From: a virus
IMG/VR virus record: IMGVR_UViG_3300042350_003822
Coordinates: 16,967-80,966 of that record
DNA length: 64,000 nucleotides
Direction: 5' to 3' (one strand)
This document shows positions 19,897-29,048 of the stretch, piece by piece; position 1 is the stretch's first letter; every line of letters starts with the position of its first letter. The position numbers and the translations under genes are program-made. The notes below the pieces were generated by a model. The model was not told the origin of the DNA, did no database searches, and was given only the letters and a program-made list of their open reading frames with translations.

Positions 19897-20071
19897 TTCT
19901 CTTCTTCAGACGTTCTAAGTCTTGTAGAGCTTTTTCATGCTCGACTTGTAGGCTGGTGAGACTCTTTTCGAGGACCGCCAGCCTTGTTTCTAGTAGAACA
20001 TTCTTACTTACAGTATCATGTAGATTCGATGTCAGTCTACTAATATATTCATTAACAAATTCAGCTTCCAT
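19877..20071 (-). CDS. Small coiled-coil hypothetical protein
   Basis: 64 aa with heptad pattern; follows fibre gene; overlaps the GT gene end convergently. Confidence 0.7.
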   Translation of the reverse strand: MEAEFVNEYISRLTSNLHDTVSKNVLLETRLAVLEKSLTSLQVEHEKALQDLERLKKRTKSSDV

Positions 20072-20073
20072 TA

Positions 20074-21492
20074 TTAAAATGTTCCCCCATCAAGGGTTTC
20101 GTAAATAAGAGCCGTGCCATTTGACTGTAAAACTTTACCATCAGTACCAAGAGCTAACTTTGCAAAACCATTGGTAGAATTAGCAACTAGAATATCTTGG
20201 CTAGTATATGATGCTAGTCCAGTACCACCAGATGTACCAGCAAGTGGTGTGGAAAGACTTAAAGTGTTTGCTGTCATACTTACAGCAACTGTGGCGTTAG
20301 CTGTCAGTGTAACTGCAGTCGAGTTAGACACAAGACCACCAGATGTTAGGAACGCCTGTAGAGTGCCCTGTGTGTAACTCGTGTTAGCTGTATCAACTGT
20401 TGTTGAAGGTTCGACCGTCAGACCCGAGTACAGCTTATAGATGCCACTGTCAGATGCATCACGGAACATACCTGTGAACTTGGCGCCTGTTGCACCATAC
20501 TGACCGTAAAAACCAATATCAATTGAGTCTGTAGAAACGTTACCGTTTGCAAGCTCGATCATCGAGTCTTTAACGGTGAGGTTAACTGTGTCAATGGTTG
20601 TCAGCGTACCAGATACTGTCAGGTTACCTGAAAGCGAAAGGTCTGTAATAGAAAGCGCACTGTTAACATGAACACCAGTAGCATTGACAGTGAGTGTGGA
20701 TCCAGCTAGGACACCTACTGTATCTGCTGCAACTGTAATACCGTTCGCCGTACCAACATGCACACCTGTTGCGTTAGCTACAAGACCGCTACCAGCAGTA
20801 ACAAACACACCAGTTGAGTTTGAAACAAGGCCACCGTTCGTACCTGCAACGACCGCAATAGTCGCTGCACCACCTTCAGACGAAGATGATCCGGAAATAC
20901 CGTTACCAGCAGCAATTGTGGCTACGTAGTTACCAGATGTACCAGTTCCAAGAGCAACATCACCAGTCAGCTGAGAAGTAGCAACAACTAGGTTTGCACT
21001 ATTGACATGAATACCGGTTGCATTAACTGTTAGAGTTGAGCCAGTGTCGACGCTGAAGGCTACTTGGTTATTTGTAACAGTTGTTGTCACACCATTTGCA
21101 GCAGCAAATGTTAGTGTTTCTCCAGTGTTAAACGTATCGGTGCCAGTTTCACCAGCAATTGTAAATGAGCTCGGTGCTGGAGATGCCCAATAAGCAACTG
21201 TTCCATTAGAAACCAGTACTTGTCCTACAGTACCGGTAGTACCATTAGCTGTAAGCGTTGTTACGATAGCATTCGATGTAATGATTCTGTCGATGCCAGA
21301 GGTCGCGTTGGCCACCAGGGCCTGATTTGCTGTTAGTGTACCTGGGATACGCCCGCCCGCAATAGGAATAACGCTACTACCTGAACCAATAAACAGTACA
21401 TTTCCGTTACCAGAGAAAGCTAGCTCACCATTAGCCAATGATGCGGGGGTAGCTGTGGCCAGTGATCTTTTAATCTGAATCAGATTAGCCAT
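20074..21492 (-). CDS. Tail fibre/adaptor (IQIKR...GELA N-terminus, LDGGTF C-terminus)
   Basis: MANLIQIKRS...GELAFS; VNATGVHV repeats; GNLTVSGT...VKDSMIEL...DIGFYG module. Confidence 0.8.
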   Translation of the reverse strand: MANLIQIKRSLATATPASLANGELAFSGNGNVLFIGSGSSVIPIAGGRIPGTLTANQALVANATSGIDRIITSNAIVTTLTANGTTGTVGQVLVSNGTVAYWASPAPSSFTIAGETGTDTFNTGETLTFAAANGVTTTVTNNQVAFSVDTGSTLTVNATGIHVNSANLVVATSQLTGDVALGTGTSGNYVATIAAGNGISGSSSSEGGAATIAVVAGTNGGLVSNSTGVFVTAGSGLVANATGVHVGTANGITVAADTVGVLAGSTLTVNATGVHVNSALSITDLSLSGNLTVSGTLTTIDTVNLTVKDSMIELANGNVSTDSIDIGFYGQYGATGAKFTGMFRDASDSGIYKLYSGLTVEPSTTVDTANTSYTQGTLQAFLTSGGLVSNSTAVTLTANATVAVSMTANTLSLSTPLAGTSGGTGLASYTSQDILVANSTNGFAKLALGTDGKVLQSNGTALIYETLDGGTF

Positions 21493-21502
21493 TTTTTATC
21501 CT

Positions 21503-21769
21503 TTAAAAAGTTCCGCCATCTAAGGCGCCGAGGTCTTCGATTGCGAGTAGTCTAACTTCGTATTTATCTAAACTCGCATTGTAGACTAGGGTTGCTCCCT
21601 CTACAACGTTCACCTCAGCCACATCAGCAATGTCTTCGATGGATCGGATCTCACTTATTTGATTCTTAAGAGTCACGCCAGGAGCAGATGAGCTCAGTCG
21701 GCCATCACTCCTCGCAACTGCTATTATGCTGTTACTGATTCTTCCTGTCAGAGAAGCTCTTAGTGCCAT
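21503..21769 (-). CDS. Small virion adaptor ending LDGGTF
   Basis: IADV...GATLVYNASLDKY...LDGGTF. Confidence 0.65.
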   Translation of the reverse strand: MALRASLTGRISNSIIAVARSDGRLSSSAPGVTLKNQISEIRSIEDIADVAEVNVVEGATLVYNASLDKYEVRLLAIEDLGALDGGTF

Positions 21770-21771
21770 CG

Positions 21772-22101
21772 TTACCTCGTTACTTGAGGAGTTACTGTGA
21801 CAATGCCTTCGACCAATCTCGATACAGTACCGGCAGCGTCAGTTAGCTCACAATCGTATACATATCTTCCCGGAGTAACATTACCACTCACAGCAGCGTT
21901 CATCGAGAGAGTAACAACGCCCGTGACGTTAGCAATAGATACACTGAAGGCATGAGCGTTGGTTGACGTATAGTGCTTACGCATCTGCGCAGCACCGGTG
22001 TAACCAGTCAGATCAACTGCATCGCCGGCGTCATCTGTGACGTCGATAGATGTAGAGTAGCTAGCTCCCTGATCGATTACAATGTTTGCTTTGATTGCCA
22101 T
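21772..22101 (-). CDS. BppU-N-like fibre attachment protein
   Basis: NIVIDQGA...DLTGYTGAAQMRK...GRYVYD...RLVEG.VTVTP.VTR, common in T4-like phage tail regions. Confidence 0.7.
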   Translation of the reverse strand: MAIKANIVIDQGASYSTSIDVTDDAGDAVDLTGYTGAAQMRKHYTSTNAHAFSVSIANVTGVVTLSMNAAVSGNVTPGRYVYDCELTDAAGTVSRLVEGIVTVTPQVTR

Positions 22102-22113
22102 TAGTATTTAACC

Positions 22114-22818
22114 TTATGGTTCTTCGCCAGATTGAGTTGTTGATGATGCAGACAATTGCATTGTAGCAGAAGCAAGAACGGTCGATGTATCTGAAGTAAG
22201 AGCTAATTGTAGAGTAAAACTAAATATTTTACTTCTTGAACGTTGGGATGAGTTTGATGCCGCTGTTACACTCCAAAGACGATTGGAAGACATGGATAAC
22301 CACGTATTTGTTGCAGCGCTGCCGGCATCGGGTGTTCCACTTATAGGAACTGCTTGACATGACCACAGAGAAACATCGCCGCCTGCTGACAACCAATTTT
22401 GGACAGCTATGTATCCAGAAGTGCCTGAAGGGTTGGCATAGTCAGTGCCGTCGATAATCATTGTGTTATCGTCGCCGTTAGCATTAGCTAGCCCATACAA
22501 TGCTCTATCATTTCTAATCTCTAGGGCTGTAAGAGCAGAACAAGCTACGTCATTATATGCCAATGCTGTAGCAGAAAGAGTGTGTGCGCTTAGGGATGCA
22601 GTTCCACTCGGGCTCGGTACAACAAACCCATTAAACTGACTTAGTTGTAGTGGATCGCCGCCAGTACCTGCACCAATCGCATTAAATGGAGATGTCGCGG
22701 GCACAATTCCTCCGCCTTGTCTATATGCAAAGAAGCTAGTAGATAAACCATATCCCTCGGCATTGAATGCCGTTCTCACAGAACTAAAACTTGCGGGGTT
22801 TGAAATAGTTGTTGCCAC
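22114..22818 (-). CDS. Putative fibre-tip adhesin
   Basis: GTG start abutting S74 fibre; SFSSVRTAF...LQLSQFNG resembles the N-terminus of 972-1433. Confidence 0.55.
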   Translation of the reverse strand: MATTISNPASFSSVRTAFNAEGYGLSTSFFAYRQGGGIVPATSPFNAIGAGTGGDPLQLSQFNGFVVPSPSGTASLSAHTLSATALAYNDVACSALTALEIRNDRALYGLANANGDDNTMIIDGTDYANPSGTSGYIAVQNWLSAGGDVSLWSCQAVPISGTPDAGSAATNTWLSMSSNRLWSVTAASNSSQRSRSKIFSFTLQLALTSDTSTVLASATMQLSASSTTQSGEEP

Positions 22819-24407
22819 TATTTGTTCTCCAGCGCATCAACTTTAACACTCAACTCTTTAACCGCTTCAATAAGAACAGCAACCAGTCTTGCATATGCAA
22901 CCATCTTATAATCGCCGTCCGCGCTTATTGCAATAAGCTCTGGCAACTGCTTTTCGACTTGTTGAGCAAGAACCCCTAGTTCAACTCTATCTGCACTGTA
23001 TCCGAAGAGTTCCTGACCAAGCTCGTTCCAGGTATACTTAATACCGTCTAAACCATTAATAATCTCTAGAGCGTTATCGATCTTACCTATAACATCTTTT
23101 AGTGTAGCATCAGAGGCAATAACAAAGTCAGCAGCCTGCATATTACCAACAGCTGTAAGGTTTCCACCTGTTGTCAGAGATGCGGTACTTGCAAATCCTG
23201 TTTGGTTACGAAATTGAATAGTTCCTGTGTGATCGACATAGTTTATACCAGAAGCACTCAAATTTATTTCACCGGTAGCGGTAATAGTTCCGAACGTGAC
23301 ATCGCTACCTACGTTCAGAGTTTGATTTGCACCAGGACCAGCCGAACCGGTAAATCCTATTGGACCTTGGGCACCTTGGGGTCCCTGAGGACCGGCTGGT
23401 CCTTGGGCGCCCTGCGCACCTTGTGCTCCTTGTGCTCCTAGGGAACCAGTAAATCCAGTTGGTCCTTGAGCCCCCTGAGGACCTTGAGCCCCCTGAAGAC
23501 CTTGAGCCCCCTGAGGACCTTGGGGACCAAGTGATCCCGTATCCCCACGTGATCCTGTAAAGCCAATGGGGCCCTGTGCACCCTGAGGACCGGGTGGTCC
23601 TTGAATACCTTGGGCACCTTGTGGTCCCTGTGCACCAGTAGAACCTTGCGATCCTGTAAACCCAACGGGGCCCTGAGGGCCGGGTGGGCCTGCGGATCCT
23701 TGAGGACCTTGAATACCCTGGGGACCCTGTGCACCAGTAGAACCTTGTGATCCAGTAAAGCCAATGGGGCCTTGAGGACCCTGAGGACCGGCTGGTCCTT
23801 GAATACCTTGAGCACCTTGTGGTCCTTGCGATCCTTGTGTCCCTTGAGGACCCACTGAACCTGTGAAGCCAATCGGGCCTTGTGGTCCTTGAGCACCTAC
23901 AGATCCGGTAAAGCCAACAGATCCTTGAGGACCGGTAGAACCTTGTAGTCCTTGCGGTCCTTGTGCACCTAGGGAACCAGTAAATCCTGTAGTACCGCGC
24001 GATCCAGTAAATCCTATAGGACCCTGAGGTCCAGTGGGCCCAACTGCTGTCGATGCCGATCCTGTAAAACCTGTTGATCCTTGAGGGCCTGTTGGACCAA
24101 CTGATCCTGTAAAACCTGTTTCCCCCTGAGCGCCTACAGGACCCACATATGTGGTCCAATATAGACCAGCAGCATTAGAAGCCAGAACCTGGCCGACTGT
24201 TCCAATTTCCCCATTAGCAACGATACCGCCGCTAAAGATAGCATTGCCCGATACGTTGACAGCAGCGGCAGTGATCGTGTTAGTAACGCTAAGGTTTGCC
24301 CCTACCGCTACGTTTGCAGTCATAGAAACATCATGCCCGAAGATCGAGTTGGTGCCGGCACCGACAACAGCAATACCATTTTCTACTTTAAATCTTGTAT
24401 TAGCCAT
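22818..24407 (-). CDS. Collagen-like tail fibre with C-terminal peptidase S74 chaperone
   Basis: ~270-aa Gly-X-Y (GPQ/GAQ/GFTGS); SDATLK...[13 protein letters not shown]...[15 protein letters not shown]. Confidence 0.9.
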   Translation of the reverse strand: MANTRFKVENGIAVVGAGTNSIFGHDVSMTANVAVGANLSVTNTITAAAVNVSGNAIFSGGIVANGEIGTVGQVLASNAAGLYWTTYVGPVGAQGETGFTGSVGPTGPQGSTGFTGSASTAVGPTGPQGPIGFTGSRGTTGFTGSLGAQGPQGLQGSTGPQGSVGFTGSVGAQGPQGPIGFTGSVGPQGTQGSQGPQGAQGIQGPAGPQGPQGPIGFTGSQGSTGAQGPQGIQGPQGSAGPPGPQGPVGFTGSQGSTGAQGPQGAQGIQGPPGPQGAQGPIGFTGSRGDTGSLGPQGPQGAQGLQGAQGPQGAQGPTGFTGSLGAQGAQGAQGAQGPAGPQGPQGAQGPIGFTGSAGPGANQTLNVGSDVTFGTITATGEINLSASGINYVDHTGTIQFRNQTGFASTASLTTGGNLTAVGNMQAADFVIASDATLKDVIGKIDNALEIINGLDGIKYTWNELGQELFGYSADRVELGVLAQQVEKQLPELIAISADGDYKMVAYARLVAVLIEAVKELSVKVDALENK

Positions 24408-24418
24408 TTGTTCCTACT

Positions 24419-26653
24419 TTACTTAATCAGATGTGCAACAATTTTGACCGCTGTGTTGTTCACTAGCTGAGCCATTGTAATTTCGACGTTTGCGTTATTG
24501 ACTGCTGCGGTGAATGTACCGAGAGGAGCTGTTGTGTTTGCCCCACCTGAGGCTGGAGGAGAAGCCACAACGCCATAGACAGCAACATATGCGTTCGTAC
24601 CGTCATGAGCGACAACCATTTCAGCAATCTGGTTGTTACCAGCATTTGTTGCTTGAACCATCAGCTTACCTGTTCTGTAAGTAGTCTTAGGGAAGCTATA
24701 GATTAGCCTTGGGGACGCTGTTGATCCGATATCGCCATTAGCAACTACATCAATGACATAGTCTGTGTTGATTGTTACATTACCACCAACCGAAACGTTA
24801 CCTACGAGGTTTGATGTGGATCCTACTCTTAATGTTGTACCCACATTAGCTGAACCAGCAACGTTGGCAAAACCACCGATAGTAGCATTCGTACCAACAG
24901 TAAGAGTGGTTCCTACGTTTGCGTATGACGAAGCATCCACAAACCCTGTAATTGTTGTGTTGCCTGTTGCAAGTGTATTAGCAATTGTAACAGCACCATT
25001 AACTGCTAGAGTGCTCCTTAGATTAGTAGCTCCTCCAACGTTAGCTGTGGATGATACATTAATGAAACCAGTGACTGTTGTGTTACCAAGTGAAGCGGTG
25101 TTAGCCACAATCAGCTGACCGTTTGCTACAACATTAGCCCGGAAGGATGCCACACCACCAACGTTTGCTGTGCTCGTTACATTAATAAATCCACCTATTG
25201 ACGCATCGGTACCAACACCCAGTGTAGTTCCTACGTTTGCTGTAGCCGATATATTAATGAAACCTGTAACAGATGTATTGCCAGTCGCGAGCGTATTGGC
25301 AATTGTAACGGCACCATTAACCGCTAGTGTGCTTCTTAGATTTGTTGCCCCACCAACATTAGCTGTGGACGACACATTAATGAAACCAGTGACTGTTGTG
25401 TTACCAAGTGAAGCAGTATTAGCTACCGTGAGCTGACCGTTTGCTACGACATCAGAACGGAAGGATGCAATGCCACCAACATTAGCTGTGGATGATACGT
25501 TGATAAAGCCTGTAACGGTTGAGTTGCCAACACTAATTGTGTTGGCTACCGTGAGCTGACCGTTTGCTACGACATCAGAACGGAAATTAGCAACGCCGCC
25601 GACATTAGCTGTAGACGATACGTTGATGAAGCCCGTGAGTGTAGTGTTACCCCCGGCAATCGTTGTTCCCACCTGCAAAGAACCAGCAACGTTTGCAGAA
25701 GATGAAACGTTAATAAAGCCCGTTACGGTAGTGTTACCTGTTGCAAGCGTATTAGCAATTGTTGTTGCGCCGTTTGCAATAAACGTCCCACCTACACGAG
25801 CGTTGCTCGATACGTTTGCTGTTCCTGTAACACCAACCGTAGCATCGGGGGCAGTCGTTCCCACACCAAGTCTGTTATTAGTTGCATCTACAAATACAGT
25901 GCCTGAGTCAAAGTTAACATTACCGGCGATTGTGTGCACGCCAGTGCCTGTAAAATTGACATTACCAGAAACGTTTGCAGTTCCCACAACAGCAAGCGAT
26001 GCATCCGGAGTAATAGTATTAACCCCTACTCTATTGTTGGTTGCATCTACAAATACTGTACCTGAGTCGAAGTTAACGTTACCGGCGATTGTGTGACTAA
26101 TGCCCGAGATAGTAACGTTAGCAGACATGACAGCATTAGCCGTGATCGTCACTAAATTGCCCGCAAGTGTCGTGTTGGATGTTGTTCCGTTACCACTGAT
26201 GGCAAGCACTGTAATGTTAGAGTTAGACTTGAATGACTGAGTGTTCGATGTCACAGTAACAACTGTCGCATTTGCAATGACATTAGATGTAATGTTCAAT
26301 TGCGTGCCGTTGATGAAAACGTTTGCGCCAGTAGCTGCAATGTTGGCTGTGAAGGTAGTGTTAGAAGCAACGTTTACCGAAGCTCCTGTGAATAAAGCAT
26401 TGGAAGTAATGTTTAGATTAGCCGCAGTGCCTGTGTTTCCCCCACGAAGCGCGGTTTCCGCCACAAGTGTGTTTGCAGTAAAGCCACCGTATAGTCTCGC
26501 ATTACGCTGAGCTGCTGTTGTACCCGTATTCGCAAAGGTAGCATTAGCAGTGATTACTTCTGTCGATAAGGCATCAAGCAACTGGTTGGTACGGATGACC
26601 CACGTACCAAACGTTTCTGTAGTTGTGTCAACATTAGCTACATATCTAGCCAT
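24419..26653 (-). CDS. Repetitive beta-rich fibre/baseplate-proximal protein
   Basis: ~41-aa repeats GNTTVTGFINVSSTANVGG..., near-identical DNA repeats ~24950-25760; N-terminal TFGTWVIRTN. Confidence 0.75.
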   Translation of the reverse strand: MARYVANVDTTTETFGTWVIRTNQLLDALSTEVITANATFANTGTTAAQRNARLYGGFTANTLVAETALRGGNTGTAANLNITSNALFTGASVNVASNTTFTANIAATGANVFINGTQLNITSNVIANATVVTVTSNTQSFKSNSNITVLAISGNGTTSNTTLAGNLVTITANAVMSANVTISGISHTIAGNVNFDSGTVFVDATNNRVGVNTITPDASLAVVGTANVSGNVNFTGTGVHTIAGNVNFDSGTVFVDATNNRLGVGTTAPDATVGVTGTANVSSNARVGGTFIANGATTIANTLATGNTTVTGFINVSSSANVAGSLQVGTTIAGGNTTLTGFINVSSTANVGGVANFRSDVVANGQLTVANTISVGNSTVTGFINVSSTANVGGIASFRSDVVANGQLTVANTASLGNTTVTGFINVSSTANVGGATNLRSTLAVNGAVTIANTLATGNTSVTGFINISATANVGTTLGVGTDASIGGFINVTSTANVGGVASFRANVVANGQLIVANTASLGNTTVTGFINVSSTANVGGATNLRSTLAVNGAVTIANTLATGNTTITGFVDASSYANVGTTLTVGTNATIGGFANVAGSANVGTTLRVGSTSNLVGNVSVGGNVTINTDYVIDVVANGDIGSTASPRLIYSFPKTTYRTGKLMVQATNAGNNQIAEMVVAHDGTNAYVAVYGVVASPPASGGANTTAPLGTFTAAVNNANVEITMAQLVNNTAVKIVAHLIK

Positions 26654-26654
26654 C

Positions 26655-26837
26655 TTAATTCCTGTTAATTACTTGAGCCAAAAGGGCTTTGATTTGTGTT
26701 AGCTCATCTTTGAGGGTGTTTACTTCCTCCGAAATTTGTCGAGACCTTTTGTCAGACTCACGTTGCCCGACAATAGCCTTATAGTAGCTATCATCAGTAT
26801 TTATAATGATACCACGTGAGTCTCTGACATAAGACAT
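26655..26837 (-). CDS. Small conserved T4-like protein downstream of VrlC-like gene
   Basis: YVRD..GIIINTD...coiled coil. Confidence 0.7.
   Translation of the reverse strand: MSYVRDSRGIIINTDDSYYKAIVGQRESDKRSRQISEEVNTLKDELTQIKALLAQVINRN
26798..26805 (-). promoter_or_regulatory. T4-type late promoter TATAAATA (within small ORF)
   Basis: Exact consensus ~145 nt upstream of the 26653 start. Confidence 0.6.
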
Positions 26838-29002
26838 TATGCAGACACTCCGATAACCGAAATCTGATCAATTTTAGGAGCAAGATAAGTGTTATCTCCT
26901 AGAAAGACAATCTTAACCTGCATAGCATTAAATTTATCAAACGTTACAAGTGAAGAATTGTAGTAGCGACACACATTGTCATTAGTGATGTTGTTGAAAG
27001 CGGCGTTGTAGTACTTCAATCTATCGACTTTAAATCCTGTTCCAACAACATTGTTATTAGATACAGCTGTCTCGAGTTGAATAGCACTAGAGTTAACTAC
27101 CGAAACTACATCTACAATATAGTCCTCAGGAATCAGAGGGTTGTAGAGTTTAACAACATCACCCGCAGCGAGATAACTCGACGGGTTGACGCCCGCTGCA
27201 ACAAGAGTATTGCTGGTCAGGGTAGTCGTGAATGTTCCAGGAAGAACGTTTGCACTATCTGAATAAAGAGGTAAGCCAAGCTCGTATTCAACATAATCCG
27301 ACTCATCATCTTTTGAGCTGAACCGTTCAGCGTTCTCTTTATATTGAAGAGGAGACCAGGCGCGATCATCAAAGGCATCCGGATCAGCTGAGTTGTGAAC
27401 ACGAGCGTATACCAGGATGTCTGTGTTGGCGGGTCTGTAGGCGGTCATGTAGACACGAACATCTTCTGCGAATCTATTATTAGCAAACGATACCTTAGTG
27501 GTAATGTGCTTGCTTTCCGCATTGTAAGGACCTCCAACTTCTGAATCAATTACAACGCTGTTTGCGTCAGTAGTAGTATATGTGTTCGAGATCAAATTAG
27601 TGATAACAAACATATCTAGCTGGGATTGATCCATAGAAGGAGCAACATAGAGCTCTACGTTCGACGCATTAACCGTCAACGTTGTGTTAGCAACTACCGA
27701 AGGTCTATTGATACGGTTGCCACCCCCATCCAGCGGATCTGACTCAGGTAAGTTCGAGTTATCAATTTCCAGCGAGCGAGATTGAATAAACGCATCATAT
27801 TGATTGATGTTGCGTATGAGACTCTCGTTGAGACCTACCTTAATTTGGTTGTTGTATGTAAACAAGAAAGATGCACCAGACTTATACGCAAAGGTCAATC
27901 TCTTATCAATTACGCCCTTCGAAGGCAACGTAAGATCGGTGTTGAGTTTTATGCGGTCGGCTGAAATGCTATCTACAGAGGATATCTTACAGTTGGCAAG
28001 AGAATCTTCTCCATAGAGAAGATTGTTGTTTGCTTGGAATTTAAATGCTGTGTTGGCAGCATTGGAACCCTTGAGATATAGCTTTCTACGAGTAGAGCTG
28101 TAATAGTGAACCTGGCCAACAGGCGGCTTCATCCAATTGGTGCCTGTATTAGAATGCACAATTGTAGATGTGGTTTCAAGATAGGATGTGTTAACAACGT
28201 TAAGAACTTCCACCACATCTTTGTAGGATGAATTAGACCACAACACCAGCTGGTCGCCGGCAACCACACCTGCAGTATTAAAATCAGCACCACCAGAGGT
28301 TGTAGATCTCAGAGCGGTGGTTCCTGCTGTAAACTGTACGTTACCAGAGGAGTTAGCTACTTGTTGGAATACATATTCGCCTCCAACAAATCTTCCATTT
28401 GTATTGGTAATGGTAAAGAATTCATAGTTGTTGGGGATATAAACTTCTGTAACCGTGTTAGCTACATATTGAGCGCATTTAAGAGCAAACTTAAGATCCG
28501 AGTCAGACTGAGGTCTATACGAACCTGCGTTGGTTGATAGATATAGCTTACCATCTTTAACTAAGTTAGATCCAGGCGAAGCATTGTTGGTTCCAATTAG
28601 CTTGTCCCCCAGTCTGTTAGTCCAAAGCTCGAATGCAGGGTCCTCAAACGTTATGACAATACCATAAAACCGACCGGTCGGAACAATTAGTGGCTTGTTA
28701 AAACCAAAAGTAACAGAGCTAGACGCATCGCTAAATCCTGGAGCAATTTCGTTATATGACTTAATGGCATACACACCCGAAAATACCTTCGAAAGATCGG
28801 GGTCATTCTCAGTGAGCTCACATATACGCACGATGACGCTAGGGTTTGCTTTACCAGTAACACCAGGAACGGTGAACAGAGGCTTAAAGAATAAATCAAC
28901 AGACGTCAGCGTTACCGTACCGCTGTTGTTAACGATATCCGGATCTGCATAAAACGTCTGAATCATGCTAAAATTTGTAATAGTTTCAAATGAGTTATTC
29001 AT
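26837..29002 (-). CDS. VrlC/DUF4815-like virion protein, C-terminal half as separate gene
   Basis: QTFY...LTSVDLFF, SDLKFAL, SKHITTKVSF...AEDVRVYMTAYRP, YVEYE, F...QVKIV motifs. Confidence 0.75.
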   Translation of the reverse strand: MNNSFETITNFSMIQTFYADPDIVNNSGTVTLTSVDLFFKPLFTVPGVTGKANPSVIVRICELTENDPDLSKVFSGVYAIKSYNEIAPGFSDASSSVTFGFNKPLIVPTGRFYGIVITFEDPAFELWTNRLGDKLIGTNNASPGSNLVKDGKLYLSTNAGSYRPQSDSDLKFALKCAQYVANTVTEVYIPNNYEFFTITNTNGRFVGGEYVFQQVANSSGNVQFTAGTTALRSTTSGGADFNTAGVVAGDQLVLWSNSSYKDVVEVLNVVNTSYLETTSTIVHSNTGTNWMKPPVGQVHYYSSTRRKLYLKGSNAANTAFKFQANNNLLYGEDSLANCKISSVDSISADRIKLNTDLTLPSKGVIDKRLTFAYKSGASFLFTYNNQIKVGLNESLIRNINQYDAFIQSRSLEIDNSNLPESDPLDGGGNRINRPSVVANTTLTVNASNVELYVAPSMDQSQLDMFVITNLISNTYTTTDANSVVIDSEVGGPYNAESKHITTKVSFANNRFAEDVRVYMTAYRPANTDILVYARVHNSADPDAFDDRAWSPLQYKENAERFSSKDDESDYVEYELGLPLYSDSANVLPGTFTTTLTSNTLVAAGVNPSSYLAAGDVVKLYNPLIPEDYIVDVVSVVNSSAIQLETAVSNNNVVGTGFKVDRLKYYNAAFNNITNDNVCRYYNSSLVTFDKFNAMQVKIVFLGDNTYLAPKIDQISVIGVSA

Positions 29003-29048
29003 TAGAATCCTCTGTCTCTGTCTGCTTCGTTATTTATCGTGTTTTGTA

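Noticed and set aside
16500-19900. Invertible segment explaining the opposite orientation of the GT genes
   Set aside because: No flanking inverted repeats or recombinase seen; the gene end overlaps its neighbour, suggesting a stable arrangement
23305-24159. 284-aa and 152-aa alternate-frame ORFs over the collagen gene
   Set aside because: Stop-free alternate frames are expected from Gly-X-Y codon repeats; no initiation signals
2047-26653. Diversity-generating retroelement acting on fibres or lectins
   Set aside because: No reverse transcriptase in the window; repeat mismatches are not adenine-specific
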